Assembly (NCBI RefSeq): GCF_013002225.1
Contig: NZ_JABDKL010000061.1
Source of the DNA: Winogradskyella sp.
GTDB lineage: Bacteria; Bacteroidota; Bacteroidia; Flavobacteriales; Flavobacteriaceae
Length of the DNA: 64,000 nucleotides
Strand: one strand, 5' to 3'
Shown: piece after piece, positions 24,707 through 34,425 of the stretch
How positions within the stretch are numbered: position 1 is the first letter of the stretch
Layout of the letters: the number at the start of each line of letters is the position of its first letter
Made by a program: the position numbers and the translations under genes
Notes under the pieces: generated by a model
The model's input: only the letters and a program-made list of their open reading frames with translations
The model's database searches: none
Told to the model about the DNA's origin: nothing

Positions 24707-25885
24707 ATGAAGCCAGATTTATTTGAAGCACCAGATTATTATAACCTTGATGAATTACTTACTGATGAACATAAATTAGTTCGAGATGCAGCAAGAGAAT
24801 GGGTAAAACGTGATGTATCGCCAATTATTGAAGAGGCTGCTCAGAAGGCAGAATTTCCTAAATCAATTATTGGAGGATTAGCTGAGATTGGTGCATTTGG
24901 CCCATATATTCCAGAAGAATACGGTGGCGCTGGTTTAGACCAAATTTCCTATGGATTAATAATGCAGGAAATTGAACGTGGAGATTCTGGCGTGCGCAGT
25001 ACCGCTTCTGTACAATCCTCGTTAGTTATGTATCCTATCTGGAAATATGGCAATGAAGAACAACGTAAAAAATACCTGCCAAAACTAGCATCTGGCGAAT
25101 GGATCGGTTCATTTGGACTAACAGAACCCGATCACGGAAGCAATCCTGGTGGTATGACCACCAACTTCAAGGATATGGGTGACCATTATCTATTAAATGG
25201 AGCGAAAATGTGGATCAGTAACTCACCATTCTGTGATGTTGCTGTAGTTTGGGCCAAAAATGAAGAAGGAAGAATTCACGGTCTGATAGTAGAACGCGGT
25301 ATGGATGGATTTTCGACACCAGAAACTCACAATAAATGGTCGCTTAGAGCTTCGGCAACAGGTGAGCTTATTTTTGACAATGTAAAGGTCCCAAAAGAAA
25401 ACTTACTACCTAATAAATCTGGATTAGGTGCGCCACTTGGTTGTTTAGATTCTGCTCGTTTCGGTATTGCCTGGGGAGCAATTGGAGCTGCAATGGATTG
25501 TTATGATACAGCTCTAAGATACAGTAAAGAACGTATGCAATTTGGCAAGCCAATAGGGCAATTTCAATTGCAACAAAAGAAGTTAGCCGAAATGATAACG
25601 GAAATCACTAAAGCACAGTTATTAGCCTGGAGACTTGGTGTAATGCGAGAAAATGGAACAGCCACATCTGCTCAAATCTCAATGGCTAAACGTAATAATG
25701 TGGAGATGGCATTAAATATTGCTCGTGACGCCAGACAAATGCTTGGTGGTATGGGCATATCTGGCGAATACAGTATAATGCGTCATTCTATGAATTTAGA
25801 GAGTGTAATTACCTACGAAGGCACACATGATATTCACTTGCTCATTACTGGATTAGACATTACTGGGTTAAATGCATTTAAATAG
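24707..25885 (+). CDS. acyl-CoA dehydrogenase, glutaryl-CoA dehydrogenase-like
   Basis: 392 aa. FGLTEPDHGSNPGGM, WISNSP, and C-terminal YEGTHDIH signatures of the ACAD family. The overall pattern resembles GCDH. Confidence 0.8.
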   Translation: MKPDLFEAPDYYNLDELLTDEHKLVRDAAREWVKRDVSPIIEEAAQKAEFPKSIIGGLAEIGAFGPYIPEEYGGAGLDQISYGLIMQEIERGDSGVRSTASVQSSLVMYPIWKYGNEEQRKKYLPKLASGEWIGSFGLTEPDHGSNPGGMTTNFKDMGDHYLLNGAKMWISNSPFCDVAVVWAKNEEGRIHGLIVERGMDGFSTPETHNKWSLRASATGELIFDNVKVPKENLLPNKSGLGAPLGCLDSARFGIAWGAIGAAMDCYDTALRYSKERMQFGKPIGQFQLQQKKLAEMITEITKAQLLAWRLGVMRENGTATSAQISMAKRNNVEMALNIARDARQMLGGMGISGEYSIMRHSMNLESVITYEGTHDIHLLITGLDITGLNAFK

Positions 25886-25931
25886 TACACAAAACTCTTT
25901 TAATTTTACCCCAATGCCTATATAAATTCTA

Positions 25932-25964
25932 AAAATGCTTCTCAAATGAGAGGCATTTTTGTTT
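25932..25964 (+). terminator. terminator after the acyl-CoA dehydrogenase gene
   Basis: AAAATGCTTCTC-aaat-GAGAGGCATTTT (one G-U pair) followed by TGTTT. It overlaps the first 10 codons of track ORF 25946, which argues for the ATG at 25976. Confidence 0.65.
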
Positions 25965-25975
25965 ACATTTACTTT

Positions 25976-26872
25976 ATGTCTTCTAAAACCAGATTAGATC
26001 GAGCTTATAAAAATGCGAAGCGTATTGAGTTTAACAACACCTCCAAGTTTATTCTTTTCAGTGATTGTCATCGCGGCGATAATAGCTTTGCAGATGATTT
26101 TGCAAACAATCGGAATATTTACTACCACGCTTTAAAACACTATTATACACAAGGGTTTAATTATTGTGAACTTGGAGATGGCGATGAACTATGGGAAAAT
26201 TTATCCTTTGAGTCAATCTTAAATGCTCACAAAAATGTGTATATGCTTTTAAAGCAGTTTCACGATGAGGAACGCTTACATATGATTTGGGGAAATCACG
26301 ATATGGTTTACAGAAACCAGGATTATGTAGACAAATACCTCAACACATATTTTGATCCTAAGACAGGTAATGACGAAGACCTATTTTGTGGTATAAAATA
26401 TCATGAAGGTATCGTGTTACAACATTCTAAAACTAGTCAGGAATTGTTTTTAACACATGGTCACCAAGCCGATTGGTGGAATTACCTTTTCTGGAAATGG
26501 AGTCGATTTATGGTTCGTGTTTTGTGGAAACCTCTTAATGTAATGGGTATTGCAGACCCTACGAGTCCGGCAAAAAACTACAAAGAACTTATTAAAGTAG
26601 AACGTAGAACCAAAAAGTGGATTATTGAAAATAATAATCTCATTACCGTTATTGGGCACACCCATAGACCACGTTTTCCTGAGCCTGGTGATATTGCTTT
26701 TTTTAATGATGGAAGTTGTGTGCATCCACGTAGTATAACAGGTCTGGAAATTGAAAATGGAAAAATTTCATTGATTAAGTGGCAGATCGTAACCACAGAT
26801 GATGGTACGTTAAAAATTGACCGCTTTTTGTTAGAAGGACCAACCCCTTTAATTAATTATAAGACTGAGTAA
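25976..26872 (+). CDS. metallophosphoesterase (calcineurin-like phosphoesterase family)
   Basis: SDCHRGD, GDGDELWEN, GNHD, THGH and GHTH motifs. Start moved to the second ATG because of the upstream terminator. Confidence 0.8.
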   Translation: MSSKTRLDRAYKNAKRIEFNNTSKFILFSDCHRGDNSFADDFANNRNIYYHALKHYYTQGFNYCELGDGDELWENLSFESILNAHKNVYMLLKQFHDEERLHMIWGNHDMVYRNQDYVDKYLNTYFDPKTGNDEDLFCGIKYHEGIVLQHSKTSQELFLTHGHQADWWNYLFWKWSRFMVRVLWKPLNVMGIADPTSPAKNYKELIKVERRTKKWIIENNNLITVIGHTHRPRFPEPGDIAFFNDGSCVHPRSITGLEIENGKISLIKWQIVTTDDGTLKIDRFLLEGPTPLINYKTE

Positions 26873-27208
26873 TTAACTCTCTGGCGCTAACTCAACCTCG
26901 AGACCTTCCATTTCCAAGGTTATTTGAATTTGGCATCCTAAACGTGAATTATCTTTTACATAAAATGCCTCTGACAACATAGCTTCTTCATCGTCTTGCA
27001 TTTCTGGCAACTCCGTTTCGCTCAAAACATAACATTGACATGACGCGCACATGGCCATACCACCACAAACACCAATGGTACCTTCTGGAGCAAGCTCGTA
27101 AGAACGTACGACCTCCATAAGATTCATGGCCATATCTGTAGGTGCTTCAATATTATGAACTATACCTTCACGATCCTTAATCTTTATGTTTATATCAGAC
27201 TTGCTCAA
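26873..27208 (-). CDS. [2Fe-2S] ferredoxin, adrenodoxin/putidaredoxin type
   Basis: Cys ligand pattern CGGMAMCASC plus RLGCQI. TTG start immediately follows the TAA stop of the upstream reductase gene. Confidence 0.85.
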   Translation of the reverse strand: MSKSDINIKIKDREGIVHNIEAPTDMAMNLMEVVRSYELAPEGTIGVCGGMAMCASCQCYVLSETELPEMQDDEEAMLSEAFYVKDNSRLGCQIQITLEMEGLEVELAPES

Positions 27209-28276
27209 TTAATCAATGGCTTTAACTACCGCTTTAGGAGCTTCCTTTCTAGTGCCATCAAATCCATCGACACCAGAGACAGTAGTATATTTCATAACAT
27301 ATCTTTTCCCAGGGTTTATAATCTTATATGCGGCCTGGCACATTAAGGTTGCTTCATGAAACCCACAAAGAATTAATTTTAATTTTCCAGGATAGGTGTT
27401 TACATCGCCAATTGCAAAAATACCTGGAATATTGGTTTGGTAATCCAACGAATTATTGACCTTAATGGCATTCTTTTCTATTTCGAGACCCCAATTAGCT
27501 ATTGGCCCTAACTTAGGAGATAATCCAAATAATGGAATAAAATGATCACATTCTATCTCGTATTCCTTATCAATATGAATATTATCAGATTCTTTTACAA
27601 CTACAGCTTTTACATCATAATCGCCAACAATTCCGATGACTTCAGCAGGTGTAATAAGATTAATTTTTCCTTTGTTTTTTAATTCCTGAACTTTTTCTAC
27701 AGAATCTAAATGGCCTCGAAATTCATTTCGTCTGTGAATTAATGTTACCTCACTTGCAACATCGCTTAAAAAAATACTCCAATCTAATGCAGAGTCGCCT
27801 CCACCTGCAATCACTACTTTTTTATTCCTGTAAACTTCTGGATCTTTTATAATATACTCCACCCCTTTATCTTCAAAATCCTTTATGTTATGAATTAGAG
27901 GTTTTCTCGGCTCAAAGCTTCCTAGTCCGCCGGCAATTGCCACCACAGGAGCCTGATGTTGCGTACCTTTATTTGTTGTAACAACAAAGGTATTATCGTC
28001 CTGCTTCTCAATGGTCTCCGCACGTTCACCTAGTGTAAAGCCTGGTTTAAATTGCTTGCATTGCTCCATGAGTTTGTCCGTAAGATCTCCAGCTAAAATC
28101 TCTGGATAGGCCGGAATATCATATATTGGTTTCTTTGGGTAAATTTCGGAACACTGACCCCCTGGTTGAGGCAATGCATCTATTAAATGGCACTTTAACT
28201 TTAAAAGACCTGCCTCAAATACTGTAAAAAGCCCTGTCGGACCTGCGCCAATAATAATTATATCTGTTGTAATCAT
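27209..28276 (-). CDS. thioredoxin-reductase-like ferredoxin-NADP+ reductase (YumC type)
   Basis: IIIGAGPTGLF FAD motif, second dinucleotide motif VIAGGGDSALDW, GDV...PGK, and no CxxC redox pair. Confidence 0.8.
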   Translation of the reverse strand: MITTDIIIIGAGPTGLFTVFEAGLLKLKCHLIDALPQPGGQCSEIYPKKPIYDIPAYPEILAGDLTDKLMEQCKQFKPGFTLGERAETIEKQDDNTFVVTTNKGTQHQAPVVAIAGGLGSFEPRKPLIHNIKDFEDKGVEYIIKDPEVYRNKKVVIAGGGDSALDWSIFLSDVASEVTLIHRRNEFRGHLDSVEKVQELKNKGKINLITPAEVIGIVGDYDVKAVVVKESDNIHIDKEYEIECDHFIPLFGLSPKLGPIANWGLEIEKNAIKVNNSLDYQTNIPGIFAIGDVNTYPGKLKLILCGFHEATLMCQAAYKIINPGKRYVMKYTTVSGVDGFDGTRKEAPKAVVKAID

Positions 28277-28324
28277 GAATGTAATTTGGAAAAAAGAGGA
28301 CGAATTAAAAGGTTATATGAGCAA

Positions 28325-28564
28325 CTATTCTACGTTTATTACGCTTTCTATCTGTGGTGCATATTTCTTAATTGTCATTTCGACGCCAGACTTTAAGGTC
28401 ATCTGGTTAACACTACAAGAGGTACAAGCACCTACAAGTTGTACTTTAACAAATTTATCATCGTCAATTGACAGTAAATTTATATCTCCGCCATCGCTTT
28501 GTAAAAAAGGTCTTATTTCATCTAAGGCCTTTTGAACATTTAATTTTAATTCTTCTGAGTTCAT
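28325..28564 (-). CDS. NifU/Nfu-type Fe-S cluster scaffold or carrier domain protein
   Basis: 79 aa. IRPFLQSDGGDI...VQLVGACTSCS is the Nfu C-terminal domain signature. Confidence 0.85.
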   Translation of the reverse strand: MNSEELKLNVQKALDEIRPFLQSDGGDINLLSIDDDKFVKVQLVGACTSCSVNQMTLKSGVEMTIKKYAPQIESVINVE

Positions 28565-29704
28565 TTACTTTTTATTTACTGCAGAGCAACCTGCCATTGT
28601 TGTTATTTTTATGGCCTCTGTAGCAGGCAAATCTTTATTTCTGTCCACCACCTGCTGTACTACATGCTGAGTGATGACTTCAAAAGCCTCTTCTATTGGT
28701 GTTGCAATCTGCATCGCTGCAGGTCTTCCAACATCACCCGCTTCTCTAATACTTTGAACGAGCGGAACTTCGCCTAAAAATGGTACTTTTAAATCCTCTG
28801 CTAAATTCTTAGCTCCTTCTTTACCAAATATGTGGTATTTATTTTCTGGTAATTCGGCTGGAGTGAAATAGGCCATATTCTCGATGATACCTAAGACTGG
28901 AACATTAATGCTTTCCTGCTGAAACATAGCTACACCCTTTTTTGCATCAGCTAATGCTACATTTTGAGGTGTGCTTACTACTACTGCACCTGTAATTGGA
29001 AGTGCCTGCATAATACTTAAATGAATATCGCCTGTACCTGGAGGCAAATCTAATAACAGGAAATCAAGTTCTCCCCAGGCCGCATCAAAAATCATTTGAT
29101 TTAATGCTTTCGAAGCCATGGGCCCTCTCCAAATTACGGCTTGATCTGGTTTGGTAAAGAAACCGATGGATAAGATTTTAACGCCGTAATTCTCTATTGG
29201 TTTCATCTTTGATTTACCATCTACATTTACAGATAGTGGTCTTTCATTTGCCACATCAAACATGATAGGAATAGATGGACCATATATGTCTGCATCTAAA
29301 ACACCAACCTTAAAACCCATTTTTGATAAAGTTACCGCCAAATTAGCTGTTACGGTAGATTTGCCTACCCCACCTTTACCAGAAGCCACAGCAATAATAT
29401 TTTGTATACCTGGTATGGGTTTGCCTTTTATCTCATTTGTTGCAGGTTTAGCAGGAGCATCAACCTTAATATTTACTTTAATTTTAGCCTTTTCGTAAAC
29501 CTCTTTATGAATGGTTTGTAAAATTTCAACCTCCGTTTTTTTCTTTGCCTGGAGGCTAGGGTTTTTAATGGTAACATCTACAATCACCTCATCGGCAAAA
29601 GTAACAACGTTTGTTACTGCACCACTATCTACAATATTTTCACCTTCTCCAGGAGCTGTTATTGTTTTAAGTGCCTTTAATATATCTTGTTTATTCAATT
29701 TCAT
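28565..29704 (-). CDS. Mrp/NBP35 (ApbC) family Fe-S cluster carrier ATPase with N-terminal DUF59/MIP18-like domain
   Basis: P-loop SGKGGVGKST, DLPPGTGD, and a conserved C-terminal region. Its stop abuts the Nfu gene start. Confidence 0.9.
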   Translation of the reverse strand: MKLNKQDILKALKTITAPGEGENIVDSGAVTNVVTFADEVIVDVTIKNPSLQAKKKTEVEILQTIHKEVYEKAKIKVNIKVDAPAKPATNEIKGKPIPGIQNIIAVASGKGGVGKSTVTANLAVTLSKMGFKVGVLDADIYGPSIPIMFDVANERPLSVNVDGKSKMKPIENYGVKILSIGFFTKPDQAVIWRGPMASKALNQMIFDAAWGELDFLLLDLPPGTGDIHLSIMQALPITGAVVVSTPQNVALADAKKGVAMFQQESINVPVLGIIENMAYFTPAELPENKYHIFGKEGAKNLAEDLKVPFLGEVPLVQSIREAGDVGRPAAMQIATPIEEAFEVITQHVVQQVVDRNKDLPATEAIKITTMAGCSAVNKK

Positions 29705-29915
29705 AGTCCTCTGTTTACAGGATGCCGTCTTAATAATTACACACTATTAGACTGCAATCAACCAGATGTAGATTAGTATTCTTATTCAGATTAATTCTAA
29801 ATGCAAAGATAAGTATTAAACCTTGAAGTAGGAAGCCTGAAGTTTGAAGATATTTATAATGCTATTGAGGTAATTAATATTGTTGTTATTCCTCAAAAAA
29901 CGAGTTTTTTTCGGA

Positions 29916-30248
29916 TTACTTCAAAGCTTTACTTGGATCCCAATATACAGCATCTAAGTTTTGGATCTGGTTATCTACTACTTCTACTCCCTCACTCTCT
30001 AGTAGTTGTTGCATTAGGTTAGTACCTTCAAAATGATGCTTACCAGTTAATAAGCCTTTTCTATTAACAACACGATGGGCTGGCACATCGTTTTGGTGTG
30101 AATTATTCATTGCATAACCAACAATCCTTGCACTTCTGGCAGCCCCAAGATATTTAGCGATTGCGCCATAACTGGTCACCTTTCCGTAAGGTATTAAGCG
30201 AGCTATTTCGTAAACCTTTTCAAAAAAACCAAGTGTTTCCGGTTTCAT
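29916..30248 (-). CDS. MGMT-family DNA-binding protein lacking the acceptor cysteine (alkyltransferase-like, ATL)
   Basis: Helix-turn-helix block GKVTSYGAIAKYLGAARSARIVGYAM, followed by VPAHRVVN where true alkyltransferases have PCHRV. Confidence 0.75.
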   Translation of the reverse strand: MKPETLGFFEKVYEIARLIPYGKVTSYGAIAKYLGAARSARIVGYAMNNSHQNDVPAHRVVNRKGLLTGKHHFEGTNLMQQLLESEGVEVVDNQIQNLDAVYWDPSKALK

Positions 30249-30880
30249 TATAATTCTCTTAAAATATTAATGAATGTCACCAAAGCAACAATACCTGTTA
30301 TAATACCGATACTGTAATTCATGCTTTTCTGTGAGGTAAATGCCTTGTCTTTTATCTTATCAAAAAAGAATATATAAATATATAGCATTACAAAAGTACC
30401 CATCGCAGCACCAGTAACGTATGTGATAATACTAATTCTTTCAAAATCCATTATTCCGAAAGACGCTAAAGTAATGGTCATGTATGCCTGATAAGGAATT
30501 GGGAAGACATTTAATGCAGACAAAAACATACCATGAAACATTCGACTTTGCTTGCTTCTAATTTCTGCTCCTTCAACCTTTGTTTCGTCTTGTTTTGAGG
30601 CAAGAATTAAAAAGTAAATAGTAATTAGGACAAAAATTACAAATGCAACACGCTGAAGAATTTCTACAATATCTGGTCTGTTAGATAAATACCTGGCAAA
30701 AATAGCTGCAATATAGGTCTGAGCAAAGACAACAATACAAACACCAGATGAGAATGTAATTCCACGACCAGCACCCTCTTTGAGACTTATTCTTGCTGCT
30801 GTCATGTTTAATAAACCTGGCGGAATTACGCCAATTAGGGCAACCAATAGCCCTAGAAAGAAGATAACGGTTATGCTCAA
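30248..30880 (-). CDS. LysE-family amino-acid exporter-like membrane protein
   Basis: 210 aa with six hydrophobic helices. N-terminal GVIPPGLLNM pattern. 1-nt overlap with the downstream ATL gene. Confidence 0.6.
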   Translation of the reverse strand: MSITVIFFLGLLVALIGVIPPGLLNMTAARISLKEGAGRGITFSSGVCIVVFAQTYIAAIFARYLSNRPDIVEILQRVAFVIFVLITIYFLILASKQDETKVEGAEIRSKQSRMFHGMFLSALNVFPIPYQAYMTITLASFGIMDFERISIITYVTGAAMGTFVMLYIYIFFFDKIKDKAFTSQKSMNYSIGIITGIVALVTFINILREL

Positions 30881-30889
30881 ATTATGATT

Positions 30890-31564
30890 TTAGTTGATTT
30901 TGAATCTAATATACGTAATTGCTTTGTCTTTTTCTAAATATTGGTTTTCATAGAACGTTTGTATTTCTGTTACTTCTTCTGGGCTACCCCCCAATTTATA
31001 TACATCATGGTTAGCATATAGCACTTCGTGTCCTAATCCATGAAGCAAGCCTAGAGTGTATCCATGCATAAATTCACTATCTGTTTTTAGATGCATCAAA
31101 CCATTTGGCTTTAAGATTTTTTTATAACGCTCCATAAACTGAAGATTAGTCATACGGTGTTTTGTGCGTTTGTATTTTATTTGTGGGTCTGGGAAAGTAA
31201 TCCAGATTTCATCTACTTCCTTTGTAGCGAATACGTGCTCAACCAGTTCTATTTGTGTTCTTATAAACACTACATTATTGAGATTTTCTTCAATCGCAGT
31301 TTTTGCTCCACGCCAAAAGCGCGCTCCCTTAATATCTATTCCTATAAAGTTTTTTTCTGGGTAGCGTTTAGCTAAGCCAACTGTATATTCACCTTTTCCG
31401 CATCCAAGTTCTAAAACCAAAGGGTTATCATTTTTAAATACGTTCTCCTTCCAATTACCTTTTAAATTATAGGTTTCATTAACCAATTCGTCTCGTTTTG
31501 GCTGAAACACATTATCAAAGGTCTCGTTCTCTTTAAAGCGCTTGAGTTTATTTTTACTTCCCAC
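30890..31564 (-). CDS. trmB: tRNA (guanine46-N7)-methyltransferase
   Basis: LELGCGKGEYT SAM motif and ITFPDPQ.K.KRTKHR, matching the TrmB FPDPW-type motif. Confidence 0.85.
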   Translation of the reverse strand: MGSKNKLKRFKENETFDNVFQPKRDELVNETYNLKGNWKENVFKNDNPLVLELGCGKGEYTVGLAKRYPEKNFIGIDIKGARFWRGAKTAIEENLNNVVFIRTQIELVEHVFATKEVDEIWITFPDPQIKYKRTKHRMTNLQFMERYKKILKPNGLMHLKTDSEFMHGYTLGLLHGLGHEVLYANHDVYKLGGSPEEVTEIQTFYENQYLEKDKAITYIRFKIN

Positions 31565-31654
31565 GTTACTATTTAACTTTTTTAATAATTCGGTAAAATT
31601 AAGGAAACATTTTAGGTTTATCTTTGTTTCTTTAACTGATATTAGCTCTCAACC

Positions 31655-32716
31655 CTGAAAAAAAATCAACAGCCAAAACGAATTTTAGTTGCTCCTCTAA
31701 ATTGGGGATTGGGGCATGCCGCACGATGCATACCAATTATAAATGCGTTAATAAGATATAATTTTGACCCCATTATTGCAAGTGATGGTGGGGCTTTAGA
31801 ACTCTTAAAAAAAGAATTTCCGCAGCTACCAGCAGTTACTCTTCCTTCCTATAATATTTCGTACCCTAAGAACGCCAAAGCCTTTAGACTTAAATTAGTT
31901 AAAGACGCTCCACACCTATTAAAAACGATACAAAGAGAAAAAAAAGTAATTAATTCATTAATTAAAACCGAGCATATTTCTGGACTGATCTCAGATAATC
32001 GTTTTGGTGTGAGACATACCGAAATACCATCGGTGTTCATTACGCATCAATTACGCGTACTTAGTGGCAGTACGACTTGGGTAAGCACAAAATTACATCA
32101 AACTATCATTTCGAAATTTGATCAATGTTGGGTACCAGATCATATAGGCAGTAAGAATCTTAGTGGCGTTTTGGGTCATGCCAAGGGTATTGACACCACG
32201 ACTAAATATTTAGGCCCATTAAGTAGATTTACTAAACTTATATTACCATTTAAGCAAAAACTACTCGTTTTACTTTCTGGTCCAGAACCGCAACGAGCGC
32301 TCTTGGCAGAACAACTATTGACAGAATTAAAAACATATAGTGAAAATGTGCTTTTTATTAAAGGTAAAATAGAAGCACAGCAAACCATTGAACATATAAA
32401 TAATATCACCATTTATAATTTTATGACCAGCACAGAGTTGGAGAAAGCCATTAACGAAAGTGAAATTATTCTCAGCAGATCGGGATACACAACCATTATG
32501 GATTTAGCAATGCTAGAAAAGAAGGCCTTTTTTATCCCAACACCAGGACAATTTGAACAAGAATACTTAGCAGAGAAACTTAAAAAGGAACAAATAGCTC
32601 CTTATTGTAAACAAGATGATTTTAAATCGGAAATGTTGCTTGATATAGCAGCGTATAAGGGATTTAATTCGCTTGGCTCCCAATTAAATTATACTGAATT
32701 ATTTAGCCTTTTCTAA
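31655..32716 (+). CDS. glycosyltransferase (MurG-like / GT28 C-terminal domain family); start codon uncertain
   Basis: The track starts at TTG 31709, but the frame is open from 31646 and encodes LKKNQQPKRILVAPLNWGLGHAARC. The conserved ILVAPLNWGLGH block lies upstream of the TTG. No in-frame ATG or GTG exists; CTG 31655 or ATT 31682 are the only candidates. Confidence 0.6.
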   Translation: MKKNQQPKRILVAPLNWGLGHAARCIPIINALIRYNFDPIIASDGGALELLKKEFPQLPAVTLPSYNISYPKNAKAFRLKLVKDAPHLLKTIQREKKVINSLIKTEHISGLISDNRFGVRHTEIPSVFITHQLRVLSGSTTWVSTKLHQTIISKFDQCWVPDHIGSKNLSGVLGHAKGIDTTTKYLGPLSRFTKLILPFKQKLLVLLSGPEPQRALLAEQLLTELKTYSENVLFIKGKIEAQQTIEHINNITIYNFMTSTELEKAINESEIILSRSGYTTIMDLAMLEKKAFFIPTPGQFEQEYLAEKLKKEQIAPYCKQDDFKSEMLLDIAAYKGFNSLGSQLNYTELFSLF

Positions 32717-33742
32717 AGTAAATGAAAATTCGCTACCCACACCTATTTCACTTTCAACATAAATTTTTTCTTCATGTGCCTCTACGATGTGCTTAACAAT
32801 AGCTAATCCTAAACCAGACCCTCCCTCTTTACGCGAGCCGCTCTTATCTATGCGATAAAATCTTTCGAATATTCTTGGGATATTTTCTTCAGCAATTCCT
32901 TCACCATTATCTGTTACCCTAACTATAACCTTATTTTTAATTAAATTTTCTATGCTTATCTCTATTGTCCCTTTTCTTCTCCCGTATTTTATTGAATTGA
33001 CGACTAGGTTTGTTACCACCTGTTGGATACGCTCTACATCTGCATGTACCATTATTGGCTCCATATAATCCAAATCGAACGTTAGAGTAATGTCTTTTTT
33101 AGCGGCTTTCATCTCAAACAAGTCAAACACATTTTGGACAAGTTTTACGATATCGAATGTTTCTTTATTTAAACTCAAATCACCAACTTCTAATTTGGTA
33201 ATCATGTCTAGATCTTTAATAATATATGTTAATCGCTCAACGCCTTTACTCGCTCTATTAAGATATTTTTTTCTCAATTTTACATCGTCCATTGCACCAT
33301 CTAAAAGGGTTAATATATAGCCTTGAACAGTAAATAATGGTGTTTTAAGCTCGTGAGATACATTGCCTATAAATTCTTTTCGATACTCTTCTCTAATCTT
33401 TAAGGTTTCGATTTCAAACTTCTTATTACGCGCATATTTATCAATTTCTTTAGTTAACGTCGCCATATCGGTAGTTACTGGTTTTTGGCGTAAATCTGTT
33501 AACTCCAGCAGTGTAAGGTCATCGTAGATGCGCTTAACACGTCTGTAAATAAACCGTTCTACACGATATTGAATAATCAAAAAGGAAGATGAATAACAGA
33601 CAATTGGAAAGAAAATAATCTGCCAATTAAAGGAATGGTAATAGTATAAAAAAACACTCACTAAGAGTGTTGTAAACAACGTAATATACAACGCTGTTTT
33701 TAGAGCAAACTTATACGTTTTTTTTAAGTTTTTTTGCATCAA
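32699..33742 (-). CDS. membrane sensor histidine kinase (HisKA + HATPase_c), partner of the OmpR-type regulator
   Basis: Two N-terminal TM helices. H-box NVSHELKTPL. N/G boxes NLVVNSIKY, DNGEGI and GSGLGLAIV. ATGA overlap with the regulator gene. Confidence 0.9.
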   Translation of the reverse strand: MMQKNLKKTYKFALKTALYITLFTTLLVSVFLYYYHSFNWQIIFFPIVCYSSSFLIIQYRVERFIYRRVKRIYDDLTLLELTDLRQKPVTTDMATLTKEIDKYARNKKFEIETLKIREEYRKEFIGNVSHELKTPLFTVQGYILTLLDGAMDDVKLRKKYLNRASKGVERLTYIIKDLDMITKLEVGDLSLNKETFDIVKLVQNVFDLFEMKAAKKDITLTFDLDYMEPIMVHADVERIQQVVTNLVVNSIKYGRRKGTIEISIENLIKNKVIVRVTDNGEGIAEENIPRIFERFYRIDKSGSRKEGGSGLGLAIVKHIVEAHEEKIYVESEIGVGSEFSFTLEKAK

Positions 33743-34425
33743 TCGACAAACTTGTAGCCAACACCTTTTACAGTCTTAAAGGATTTGTCTCCAATTTTTT
33801 CGCGAAGTTTTCTGATATGCACATCAATAGTTCGTCCTCCTACAACTACCTCATTACCCCATACCTTATCTAAGATCTCTTCCCTTTTAAAAACTTTATT
33901 TGGCTTTGTTGCTAACAAAGATAATAATTCGAACTCTTTCCTTGGTAAGATAATCTCCTTCCCTTTATTTGATATTTTGTATTCTTCCCGATTGATAATT
34001 AGGCTTCCTATTTTTAGGACAGCATCAGTATTATTCTCAGTGTCCTTAAGTCTTCTCAATAACGCCTTAACCTTACTCACTAAGACTTTTGGCTTAATGG
34101 GTTTAGTAATATAATCATCCGCGCCAGCATCAAAACCAGCTACCTGTGAATAATCCTCGCCTCTAGCAGTTAAAAACGTAATGATGGTGTTGTTTAACTC
34201 AGGTTGTTCGCGTATGCGTTCACAGGCTTCAATACCATCCATTTCTGGCATCATGACATCTAAAATAATTAAATGTGGTTTATGCTTTTTGGCAAGCTCG
34301 ACAGCCTCGATACCATTTTCTCCAGTAATAAGTTGATAGCCCTCGCTAGATAAATTATAACCTACAATTTCTAAAATATCTGGTTCGTCATCAACCAATA
34401 AGATTTTTATGTCTTTTTTCTTCAC
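33739..34425 (-). CDS. OmpR/PhoB-family response regulator
   Basis: Receiver KILLVDDEPDIL...ILDVMMPEMDG and winged-helix LTRKEFELL...VDVHIRKLREK-like C-terminus. Start set at GTG 34425 (VKKKDIKILLVDDE); the 35 upstream codons of the track ORF look non-coding. Confidence 0.9.
   Translation of the reverse strand: MKKKDIKILLVDDEPDILEIVGYNLSSEGYQLITGENGIEAVELAKKHKPHLIILDVMMPEMDGIEACERIREQPELNNTIITFLTARGEDYSQVAGFDAGADDYITKPIKPKVLVSKVKALLRRLKDTENNTDAVLKIGSLIINREEYKISNKGKEIILPRKEFELLSLLATKPNKVFKREEILDKVWGNEVVVGGRTIDVHIRKLREKIGDKSFKTVKGVGYKFVD

Noticed and set aside
26868-26878. Convergent stop codons of the metallophosphoesterase and ferredoxin genes abut directly (TAA then TTA) with no spacer.
   Set aside because: This is real but unremarkable in a compact genome. 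No structure or motif is associated with it.
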